A DNA stretch of 32,000 nt from Opitutia bacterium KCR 482 (GTDB lineage Bacteria; Verrucomicrobiota; Verrucomicrobiia; Opitutales; Intestinicryptomonadaceae): positions 510,001 through 542,000 of the forward strand of contig CP149973.1 of assembly GCA_029269845.2 (NCBI GenBank). The letters are read 5' to 3'. A model generated the notes under the pieces. That model saw only the letters and a program-made list of their open reading frames with translations. It made no database searches and was not told the DNA's origin. This document shows, piece after piece, positions 16,429-24,775 of the stretch. Every line of letters begins with the position of its first letter. Position 1 is the first letter of the stretch. The position numbers and the translations under genes are program-made.

Positions 16429-18638
16429 AAATTCCGCTGAAAAAGACGCTCGCGGCTTTCTCCGTGGGGCTTTCCGCGCTTCCGGTAATCGTCATCGGGC
16501 TTCTCGTGCTGATGATGAACAGCGACATCAGGGAAATCGTAAACTCCGAATTCGACAAAATCGGCGCGCGCGCGACGCGCCAAATTGTGGAAGACACCGT
16601 GCGGATTTGCAAAATAATCCGCCGCACGCAGCTCGACGAAGACGACAAGGCGCGGGACGCCGTCCGCGAACGCCTCTGGAATATCGGCTTTCCGAAACTG
16701 CTCGACAAAAAGGCGAAAATCCGCGTGGCGTCGCAAATGACGCCGACGGAATTCAAGACGGCGGAAATTCCCGCAATGGCTTTCGGCAACAGCGAAATAG
16801 TCTTGAAGATGTCGCCCGACGGCTCGCTCGAAAGGGCGTCGGGACGCGCCGCGGAAATCCTCGAACAGCTTAAAACCGAGACGGGGCTTGACTTCGCGAT
16901 ACTCCAAAAAATCGACGCCGACGGCAACATGCTGCGCATAGCATCGACCGCGCTCGACGCCGAGGGAACGCCCTTTGTGGGCACATACATTCCCGCAAAC
17001 GGCGGCTACGACGACGGCGCGATTGTCCGCACACTGCTTGCCCGCAAGGCGTTTTCGGGAATTTCGCGCGGGGGGGCGGTCAACTTCATCGCAAACTACG
17101 AGCCAATCATAGACCAGTACGGCGACGTTATCGGGGCGGTGGCGTTCGGACGCCCGCAGGCGTCGATTGCGTACCTGCTAAAATATTTCGAAAACATAAG
17201 AATAGGCAACACGGGCTACGTCTGGGCAATAGAGCTTGTCGGGCGCGGCGAGTCGGTTGTGAGGATTTCGCGCGACGGCAAGCGCAACGGCTTCATCGTC
17301 GAGGGAGACACGTTCAGGGAACGGCGCGAGGCGACGCTCGAAATCATAGCCTCCGCCGTCGCGCAGGGCGAAAAAATCACCGTGCGCGACTACAAGTCGG
17401 GAGCGGAGCGCAGCCTCACCGACCTCATAACCGCCTACACATATTTCAAGCCGTGGAACCTCGTGATAGGGTCGAGCGGGTACAGGAACGACTACGCCGC
17501 GGGGGTGGAAAGAATAGACGCCTCCGCGCGAAACTTCGTCTTCATGCTCGTGCCCGTCGGTCTTGCGATGCTCTTCTTTGCGGGCTTTGCGGCGTGGCTT
17601 GCGGGTGTGCGCGGCGTCCAAATGGTGGACGGGCTAAAACGCGCAATCGGGGAAATCAAAGGCGGCGACATTCCCGCCGCGCAGGCGGAACTTGCGGAAC
17701 TTGCCGACCCGCGCCAGTGGAGCAACTCGGAAATTTTCAGGCTGTCGCTCGCGCTCGACACAATGTCGGCAAACATCTCGAAGCTCGTGGCAAAAGTTCA
17801 GGACGCAGGCGAAAACCTCGCCCAAAGCGCGGCGAAAATCTCGTCGGGCGCGGAGGACATAGCAAAGACCACAAGCGCGAGGGCGGAAAGGCTCTCCGAC
17901 ATTCTCGGCACGATAGACTCAATTTCAAACTCGGCGTCGCTGCTCAACGCCGACGCGCTCGACGCGGCAAAAAACATAGAGGCGTCGCTCGAAATCATGA
18001 GCGACGGCGGCAACCTGCTCGGCAGGCTCAACGAAAACGCGGCAATTCTGCTCGGCGCGGCGGACTCCGTTTCGGCGAGGCTTGCGGTCATAAAGGACAA
18101 GACCGAGCGCATTCTCGCGGCAATGTCCACAATCAACGCGGTCAGCGAGCGCACGAACATGCTTTCGCTCAACGCCTCGATTGAGGCGGAACGCGCGGCG
18201 GACGCAAACGGCGGCTTCGCGGCGGTGTCGGCGGAAATCACGCGACTTGCCGACCGCACGGCGGTCGCGGCAATGAACGTCTCGCGCATGGTCGCCGAAA
18301 TGGACGACTCCGTAAACCTCGGCGTGGGCGACATGGACGACTTCGCCGCAAGAATGAAATCGAACTCCGAAATGATAAGCAAAGTTCACGACAACCTCGA
18401 GTCGGCGGAGGGGCAGATTGCGGAGCTTGGCCCGAAGTTCGAGTCGCTCGCGGAGGACGTTTCGGGGCAGGAGAAAAACGCGGGCGCTATCGCCTCGCAA
18501 ACGCAGTCGCTCGCGGAACTTGGCGAGAAAACCCGCGCGCAGGTCGACGCTCTCAGGGAAACCACGGTGTCCATTTCACGCACGTCGGAGGCTCTTGCGG
18601 CAAAGGTTTCGAGCTTCGCGGTAATCCGCAAAAAGTAG
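16425..18638 (+). CDS. Methyl-accepting chemotaxis protein with periplasmic Cache-type sensor (paralog 2)
   Basis: 737 aa. The start overlaps the paralog-1 stop (ATGA). Same architecture: ...[13 protein letters not shown]...[11 protein letters not shown]..., TM2, tip [37 protein letters not shown]. Confidence 0.88.
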   Translation: [737 protein letters not shown]

Positions 18639-18693
18639 CGGACGCAAAAAAAGACGAAAAAGAAGCGAACGCGAAACCGCGCCCGCGGGCGCA

Positions 18694-18717
18694 AGTGAAC
18701 ACATGTTCACTTTTTTT
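18694..18717 (+). terminator. Hairpin plus T7 after the second MCP gene (also operator candidate O1)
   Basis: AGTGAACA-CA-TGTTCACT (18694..18711) followed by TTTTTTT. It is preceded by the GC palindrome GCGCCCGCGGGCGC (18679..18692). Confidence 0.45.
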
Positions 18718-18718
18718 C

Positions 18719-18747
18719 TTGACGAGTGAACGAGTGTTCTTTTTTAT
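18719..18747 (+). promoter_or_regulatory. Sigma70-like promoter of shc-tetR, with operator-like palindrome O2 filling the spacer
   Basis: TTGACG (18719..18724), 17 nt, TTTTAT (18742..18747). The spacer begins with AGTGAACG-AG-TGTTCTTT (18725..18742), an imperfect copy of the 18-bp palindrome at 18694..18711. The ATG is at 18757. Confidence 0.4.
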
Positions 18748-18756
18748 CCGCGCAAT

Positions 18757-20721
18757 ATGGAAGAAAAATCGCACATGCAAAAGGCGTCCGACTGGCTTTT
18801 CGAACGCCAACTCCCCGAAGGCTACTGGAACGCGCACCTCGAAACAAACTGCTGCATGGAGGCGCAGTGGCTGATGGCGTGCAAATTCTGCGGAATCGAA
18901 AGCGGAAAAAACGCGGGAATCATAGAATACATTTTGAACTCGCAACGCCACGACGGCAGCTGGGACGTCTACTACGGCGCGGAAAACGGCGACGTCAACA
19001 CGACGCTCGAATGCTACTACGCGCTGCGCATTTTCGGCTTCCCAAAGGACGACCCGCGCATGGCGGCGGCGCGGGAATGGCTGCTGAAATACGAGTGGTA
19101 CAAGCACGTGAGGGTGTTCACAAAATACTGGCTCGCGCTTTTCGGCGAATGGGACTGGTCTAAAACGCCCGCGCTTCCGCCCGAAATAATCTACTTTCCG
19201 AAATGGTTTCCATTCAACATATATCGCTTTGCGGCGTGGGCGCGGGCGACAATCATGCCGCTTTGCGTGGTGACGTCAAAAAAACCCGTCAAGACGCTCG
19301 CGCCGGAGCTTAGAATAGACGAGCTTTTCCCCGTCGGGCGTGAAACCGCCTACGAAATGCGGAAAACCGACGACGGCGAAAAGTTTTCGACTAAAAAAAT
19401 ATTCCTCGCCGCCGACAAAATCTTCCATTTCTTCAACGACAAATCGGGCGACTCCGCCCTGCGCAAACGCGCAATCAAAGACGCCATGGACTGGATTATA
19501 GAGCATCAGGACGACGACGGCTTTTGGGGCGGAATCCAGCCGCCGTGGATTTACGGCATAATTGCGATGCACATTCTGGGCTATCCGCAAACGCAGGAAA
19601 ACATGGCAAAAGCCGTCAACGCCGTCAATTTGCACTGGACGGAGCAGACGGAAAAAGGCACGCGCATAAAGGCGAGCGAAAGCCCCGTGTGGGACACAAT
19701 GCTTGCCGTAAACGCCCTGCTCGACGCCCGCGCGAGCGTTTCAGACTCCCGACTTTCGAAAGCCGTCGACTACCTGCTCGAAAACGAAAACCGCTACTAC
19801 GGCGACTGGTCCGAAACCGTCGGGCGCGGAGTCAAGCCGAGCGGGTGGTCGTTCCAGCGGGCAAACAAATTCTACCCCGACATCGACGACACCGCGGTCG
19901 CGATTGTCGCACTCCTGAAATACCGCGACGCCCTGCCGAAGTCGGATCCGCGCGCCGCGAAAATTTCGGAAGCCATCGGGCGCGCGGCGAAATGGATTGT
20001 CGCAATGCAGTCGAAAAACGGCGGCTGGGCGGCCTTCGACCGCGACAACACAACCGAGCTTGTGACGAAAATCCCGTTCTGCGACTTCGGCGAAGTGCTG
20101 GACCCCCCGAGCGTAGACGTCAGCGCGCACGTCGTGGAGGCCCTGCTCAAATGCGGCTATTCAAAAGACTGCGAGTGCGTCTCGCGCGGCATAAAATTCA
20201 TTCTCGGCGAGCAGGAGGACGACGGCTCGTGGTTCGGCCGCTGGGGAATCAACTATATCTACGGCACTTGGTGCGCGATGACCGCGCTCAAAGCCGCGGG
20301 CTTCGAGTACTCGTCGCCCGAAATCAAACGCGCGGCGGACTGGCTTGCGGGCAGGCAGAACCCCGACGGCGGCTGGGGCGAGCGGGCTTCCACCTACATG
20401 CAGCCTCGCAGCAAAAGCGGCTCGACCGCCTCGCAGACGGCGTGGGCGTTGATTGCGCTGATGTCGTTCGAAACGCCCTACGGCGAAAATATCCGCAGGG
20501 GCTTGGACTACCTCAAAAACACGCAGACCCCCGACGGAACTTGGGTTGAGGCCGAGTACACGGGGACGGGCTTCCCCGGATACGGGCTGGGCGCGAAAGT
20601 CGATTTGCGCAACGGCGCGCCGCTTCCGCAGGGCAAGGAGCTGTCGCGTGGATTCATGCTGCGCTACGGTTATTATTGCCATTACTTCCCGATTATGGCA
20701 CTCTCGCGCGAAATACAATGA
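18757..20721 (+). CDS. shc: Squalene-hopene cyclase (class II terpene cyclase)
   Basis: 654 aa. Catalytic DxDDTA motif (FYPDIDDTAVAIVAL). Repeated QW motifs (QRHDGSWD, HQDDDGFWGG, QSKNGGWAAF, QEDDGSWFGRWG, RQNPDGGWGE, TQTPDGTW). The second Met (MQKASDWLFERQ) is an alternative start. Confidence 0.93.
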   Translation: MEEKSHMQKASDWLFERQLPEGYWNAHLETNCCMEAQWLMACKFCGIESGKNAGIIEYILNSQRHDGSWDVYYGAENGDVNTTLECYYALRIFGFPKDDPRMAAAREWLLKYEWYKHVRVFTKYWLALFGEWDWSKTPALPPEIIYFPKWFPFNIYRFAAWARATIMPLCVVTSKKPVKTLAPELRIDELFPVGRETAYEMRKTDDGEKFSTKKIFLAADKIFHFFNDKSGDSALRKRAIKDAMDWIIEHQDDDGFWGGIQPPWIYGIIAMHILGYPQTQENMAKAVNAVNLHWTEQTEKGTRIKASESPVWDTMLAVNALLDARASVSDSRLSKAVDYLLENENRYYGDWSETVGRGVKPSGWSFQRANKFYPDIDDTAVAIVALLKYRDALPKSDPRAAKISEAIGRAAKWIVAMQSKNGGWAAFDRDNTTELVTKIPFCDFGEVLDPPSVDVSAHVVEALLKCGYSKDCECVSRGIKFILGEQEDDGSWFGRWGINYIYGTWCAMTALKAAGFEYSSPEIKRAADWLAGRQNPDGGWGERASTYMQPRSKSGSTASQTAWALIALMSFETPYGENIRRGLDYLKNTQTPDGTWVEAEYTGTGFPGYGLGAKVDLRNGAPLPQGKELSRGFMLRYGYYCHYFPIMALSREIQ

Positions 20722-21299
20722 AGGACACGAAGGGAAAAATACTCGAAACGGCGTTCGCGCTGCTCGTAAAAAACGGCTACAACGGCGTTTCGATAGGCGA
20801 CATCACAAAGGCGCTCGAAATCACCCGAAGCCTGCCATACCGCTACTTCCCCTCGAAGCGCGATCTGCTCTTCGAGGCGTGCAAGCTCTACTACTACGAA
20901 CGCTTTTTCCCCGAAAGATTCGACGCGGGAAAAGCGTCGCTCAAAGAGCTTCTCGAAGTGATTTCGCAAAACATGGAGCGCATAATCTTAGGGCTGTCGC
21001 GCTCGCTCGGCAGGGAGCTTTCGGTGTTCGACTACAACGTAATGTACTTCGACGCCCTCCGCAACGAGCCGCGTTTCAGACGCTACATGCGCTCGAAAAT
21101 GCTCGAGCTGCGGGCAATAGCGGAGAACGCCGTAAAAAATTCCGAAATAAAAAAGGGGATTTCCGCCGAATTTGTCGAACGCGTTTTTACCGACATTTGG
21201 AGCCGCTGCGCCCATGTGCAGGACAACGCGTCGAACCGCGTAAATCTTGCGCGAATCCTCGACGACATCGGCACATTCTACAAGCTCGTTTCGGCGTAG
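20718..21299 (+). CDS. TetR/AcrR-family transcriptional regulator
   Basis: ORF 20676..21299 trimmed to ATG 20718, which overlaps the shc TGA as ATGA. 193 aa. N-terminal HTH ILETAFALLVKNGYNGVSIGDITKALEITRSLPYRYFPSKRDLLFEA. Confidence 0.85.
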   Translation: MKDTKGKILETAFALLVKNGYNGVSIGDITKALEITRSLPYRYFPSKRDLLFEACKLYYYERFFPERFDAGKASLKELLEVISQNMERIILGLSRSLGRELSVFDYNVMYFDALRNEPRFRRYMRSKMLELRAIAENAVKNSEIKKGISAEFVERVFTDIWSRCAHVQDNASNRVNLARILDDIGTFYKLVSA

Positions 21300-21375
21300 C
21301 GCAATCAGCGCCGAGAGCGGGCGGAACGAAACGCGCCCTGCCCCGCAGCCGCTGCGCGAAGCGTTTTACCGAAAC

Positions 21376-21449
21376 AAAAAAATCCGCAACCGGCCTTGCT
21401 TTGCCCGTCCCGTTTTCGGGCGCGGTTCGCAGGCGGTTGCGGATTTTTT
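21376..21449. terminator. Bidirectional terminator between convergent tetR and the Nudix-PRTase gene
   Basis: AAAAAAATCCGCAACCG (21376..21392) pairs with CGGTTGCGGATTTTTT (21434..21449) around an inner GC hairpin. An A-tract sits on one side and a T-tract on the other. Confidence 0.55.
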
Positions 21450-21459
21450 GCGCGTTTTT

Positions 21460-22533
21460 CTACGAGCCGGGGTGGCACGCGGGAATCGACGCAAGCTCGG
21501 CGGGAATCGCGTCGGGCGCGTAGGTCGGGAACGAAAATTCGAGGAGGCTCACGCAGGGCACTTCGAACTTCGCCTTGCCCTCGCTTCTATCGACAAGAAC
21601 CGCGACCGCCGCGGGCTTGCCGCCGTTCGCCTTGACGATGTCGATGCATTCCTGAACGCGTCCGCCGCGCGTGATTACATCTTCCACAATCAGGATTTTC
21701 TCGCCGTCGCCGATTTTGAAGTTGCGGCGCAGAACGAGGTTGCCGTCCTGCTTTTCCGCGAAGATGAAACGCTTGCCGAGCTGTCTTGCGACTTCCTGAC
21801 CGAGCACAAGCCCGCCCATCGCGGGGGCGAGAACGGTGTCGCATTCAACGCCCGCGAGTTTCTTTGCGAGCATTGCCACAAGCTCCGACACTCTGTCCAT
21901 GTGCTCGCAAACGCGCGCGCACTGGAAGAAATGTCCGCTGTGGAGGCCGCTGCGGAGGATAAAATGCCCCTCCATGAGCGCGCCGGTGTCCCTGAATATT
22001 TCGAGAATTTTTTCGTTGTCGTTCATAGGTTTTATAGTCTGTTCGAAAGTCCAGGAGAGTTCGCCCGCCCGCGAGCAATCGGCGCGGAGAACCGCCATGC
22101 CGCCGTCGCAAAATCTTTCGCGGACGTCCCAGAGAAGTTTTTTGTCGGTTTCGGGAATTTTGATTTTTCCGCCCCGAATTTCGGAGTAGTCGAAAAACGC
22201 GAAGCCGCCCTCGCCGATGTCTGGCGGGAGCTTTTCGAGACGCTTTTTGCACTCGAAAAGGAACATCAGCCAGTGCGCGCTGCCCTCGTAGCCGCGCTCG
22301 CTCGTCATCGAGAACAGGTGGAGGTCGGACGCCTCCAATTCAAGCCCGATTTCCTCGCGCGTTTCGCGGATTGCGCATTCAAACGGCGACTCGCCGTCCG
22401 CCATTTCGAGCTTGCCGCCAATCGGACTCCAGCAATCTTTGTTCGGCTCCTTCGCGCGGCGGATAAGCAGGAACTTTCCGTCCGCGTTTCGGACGAAAAC
22501 AAGCACGCTGATTTTAAACGGAAGCTTCTCCAT
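21460..22533 (-). CDS. Nudix hydrolase fused to a type I phosphoribosyltransferase (orotate PRTase-like)
   Basis: ORF 21460..22599 trimmed to ATG 22533, 8 nt after the purU stop. 357 aa. The N-terminal half has the Nudix box GGKLEMADGESPFECAIRETREEIGLE. The C-terminal half starts at an internal MNDNEKILEIF and shows GHFILRSGLHSGHFFQC and the PRPP-binding loop KILIVEDVITRGG. There is no stop between the halves. Confidence 0.8.
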   Translation of the reverse strand: MEKLPFKISVLVFVRNADGKFLLIRRAKEPNKDCWSPIGGKLEMADGESPFECAIRETREEIGLELEASDLHLFSMTSERGYEGSAHWLMFLFECKKRLEKLPPDIGEGGFAFFDYSEIRGGKIKIPETDKKLLWDVRERFCDGGMAVLRADCSRAGELSWTFEQTIKPMNDNEKILEIFRDTGALMEGHFILRSGLHSGHFFQCARVCEHMDRVSELVAMLAKKLAGVECDTVLAPAMGGLVLGQEVARQLGKRFIFAEKQDGNLVLRRNFKIGDGEKILIVEDVITRGGRVQECIDIVKANGGKPAAVAVLVDRSEGKAKFEVPCVSLLEFSFPTYAPDAIPAELASIPACHPGS

Positions 22534-22541
22534 TTCGAAAA

Positions 22542-23393
22542 TCAGTCGAAGATTACGGTCTTGTTTTTGTAGGCGAGAATGCGCCCCTCGATGTGCCACC
22601 TTACGGCGTCGGCGAGAACCGAGCGTTCAAGCTCGCGCCCCTTGCGCATCAAATCCTCCACGCTGTTGCGGTGGTTGACGGGAGCTACCGACTGCGCGAT
22701 AATAGGGCCTTCGTCCAAATCCTTCGTGGCGTAGTGCGCGGTTGCGCCTATGAGCTTTACGCCGCGGGCGTACGCCTTGTGGTAGGGCTTTGCGCCCGCG
22801 AACGCGGGCAGGAAGCTGTGGTGGATATTGATGACGGGGCACCCCACGTTGTCGATGAAATCGCCGCTTAGAATCTGCATGTAGCGAGCCATCACGACAA
22901 GCTCCGCGCCGCTCTCGCGGATTATCCGCATTTGCTCGGCCTCGGTTTCGGGCTTTGTCTCTTTTGAAATCGGCGTGTAGTGGAATTTCAGTCCGAACAT
23001 TTCGCTCATTTCGCGCAAGTCCTCGTGGTTCGAGATTACGCAGGCGATGTCGCAGTGAAGCTCGCCAGAGCGGCAGCGCAAAACGATGTCGCTGAAACAG
23101 TGCTCGAATTTCGAGACCATCACCGCAATTTTCGGGCGCACCGACGACTTCTGCACCGACGCCTCCATTTCCAAATCCGACGCGGCGAACTCCCTGAACA
23201 GGCGCATTTCCTCGTCTACGTCGCCCGCGGGAATCCACTCGACGCGCTGGAAGAAAATGCCCTCCTGACGATCTCGGTGCTGGTCGGCGTGGAGAATGTT
23301 TCCGCCGCGGGCGTAAATCCAGCCCGACACGCGGGCGACTATGCCCGCGCGGTCGTGGCCGTGCAACAATGCAACAATTCTTTCTTCTGACAT
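22542..23393 (-). CDS. purU: Formyltetrahydrofolate deformylase
   Basis: 283 aa. N-terminal ACT domain (HDRAGIVARVSGWIYARGGNI). C-terminal block INIHHSFLPAFAGAKPYHKAYARGVKLIGATAHYATKDLDEGPII is nearly collinear with E. coli PurU. Confidence 0.9.
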   Translation of the reverse strand: MSEERIVALLHGHDRAGIVARVSGWIYARGGNILHADQHRDRQEGIFFQRVEWIPAGDVDEEMRLFREFAASDLEMEASVQKSSVRPKIAVMVSKFEHCFSDIVLRCRSGELHCDIACVISNHEDLREMSEMFGLKFHYTPISKETKPETEAEQMRIIRESGAELVVMARYMQILSGDFIDNVGCPVINIHHSFLPAFAGAKPYHKAYARGVKLIGATAHYATKDLDEGPIIAQSVAPVNHRNSVEDLMRKGRELERSVLADAVRWHIEGRILAYKNKTVIFD

Positions 23394-23447
23394 ATCACTA
23401 AACTTGCTTGCGCGGCGCGCGGACTTTGCGCGCGCGGCGCGGTTTTG

Positions 23448-24692
23448 TTAAAACTCGAATTTCGAGCGTCCCATGCGGCGGGCGATTTCCTCTACTACCG
23501 CCTTTTCGGCGTCCTCTCCGTGCGCTTCGAAAGTTACGGAGAAACGGACGAACGCGCCTGCGTCGTCCCACGGAACGGTGCTAATGAGGTGCTCGGAAAT
23601 CATCCACTGCGAGAAGTCCTCGCCGGTCTTGAACTCCGTGCGCGAGCCGTCGGGCTGGATTGCCGACTTGGGCGCGGGCATATAGAGGAAGAATCCCGCC
23701 TTGGGCTTGCGCGGCGAGAAGCCGAGGTTTTTGAGAACGCCGACAAGCAAATCCATTCTGCGCGAGTACTTGGCGGCAATCGCGCGGGTTATCGACGGAT
23801 TTTCAAGACCCTTTGCCGCCGCGAGCTGAATGCCGAGGAACTGTCCCGAGTCCGTATTGTCCTTGACATCGCCGTACGCCTTTACGATTAGCGGATTCCC
23901 GCAGACCCAGCCGATGCGCCAGCCCGTCATGTTGTGGCTTTTCGAGAGCGAGTGAAGCTCTACCGCGACGTCCTTTGCGCCCTCTATTTGGAGAATCGAC
24001 AGCGCGTTGCCGTCGAACGTAAGCGACGCGTACGCGGCGTCGGAAACCACTATTATGTTGTTGCGCTTCGCAAACGCCACAAGCTTTTCGAAAAATTCGC
24101 GCGTGGCGCTCGCGCCCGTCGGGTTGTTGGGGTAGTTTACGACAATCGCCTTGGCGCGTTTGAGAACGTCGGCGGGAATCGAATCGAGGTCGGGCAGGAA
24201 GCTGTTTTCCGCCGAAAGTTTGAGGTTGTAGACTTCGCCGCCGAGGTATTTTGCATGCGTGCCGAAAACGGGATAGCCTGGGGTCGTCATGATGACGACG
24301 TCGCCGGGGTTCACAAAGCAGTTCGGCAGAATGCTGAGGGCGGCTTTCGAGCCTATCGAGTGGAGGATTTCGGTGTCGGGGTCAAGCTCGACGCCGAAGA
24401 CCGCCTTCATGTATCCCGCGGCGGCAACCTTGAAGTCGCGACCGCCGTTGTCGGCATAGCCCCTGTTTGCGGGGTCTTTCGCGGCGGCGTAGAGGGCTTC
24501 GACCACTTCGGGGAAAGCCATTTCGTCGGGCTCGCCCACGCCCATGTCGATGAGCGCGACGTCGGGCTTCGCGGCCTTTGCGGCGCGCTTTGCGCGTTTG
24601 ATTTTCTCGAACTTGTAGATGGCATTGCTTTTGCCGTAGTTCGCGCCGCCGATTCTTTCGGCGAAGAGGTTTTGAATGTATGAGTCGCTCAT
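23448..24692 (-). CDS. Class I/II PLP aminotransferase, probably LL-diaminopimelate aminotransferase type
   Basis: 414 aa. Shows IDMGVGEPD, NYPNNPTG and the PLP-lysine motif SLSKSHNMTGWRIGW. The N-terminal FAERIGG...YKFEKIKRAK block resembles sequences I recall annotated as DapL-type, but substrate specificity cannot be read from sequence alone. Confidence 0.65.
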   Translation of the reverse strand: MSDSYIQNLFAERIGGANYGKSNAIYKFEKIKRAKRAAKAAKPDVALIDMGVGEPDEMAFPEVVEALYAAAKDPANRGYADNGGRDFKVAAAGYMKAVFGVELDPDTEILHSIGSKAALSILPNCFVNPGDVVIMTTPGYPVFGTHAKYLGGEVYNLKLSAENSFLPDLDSIPADVLKRAKAIVVNYPNNPTGASATREFFEKLVAFAKRNNIIVVSDAAYASLTFDGNALSILQIEGAKDVAVELHSLSKSHNMTGWRIGWVCGNPLIVKAYGDVKDNTDSGQFLGIQLAAAKGLENPSITRAIAAKYSRRMDLLVGVLKNLGFSPRKPKAGFFLYMPAPKSAIQPDGSRTEFKTGEDFSQWMISEHLISTVPWDDAGAFVRFSVTFEAHGEDAEKAVVEEIARRMGRSKFEF

Positions 24693-24775
24693 TGAATCCG
24701 TCTTGTTTTTAATGGGTTGATTTTTTTAAAAAAGTGTCAAGTATGAAAGGAAATAAGAGAGAAGGACTAAAATCA

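Noticed and set aside
23404-23440. GC-rich direct repeat or hairpin (GCGCGGCGCGCGG...GCGCGCGCGGCGCGG) between the aminotransferase gene and purU as a terminator or attenuator.
   Set aside because: The arms are direct rather than inverted repeats. Only short CGCGCG self-complementarity is available, and no U-run follows on the coding (minus) strand.
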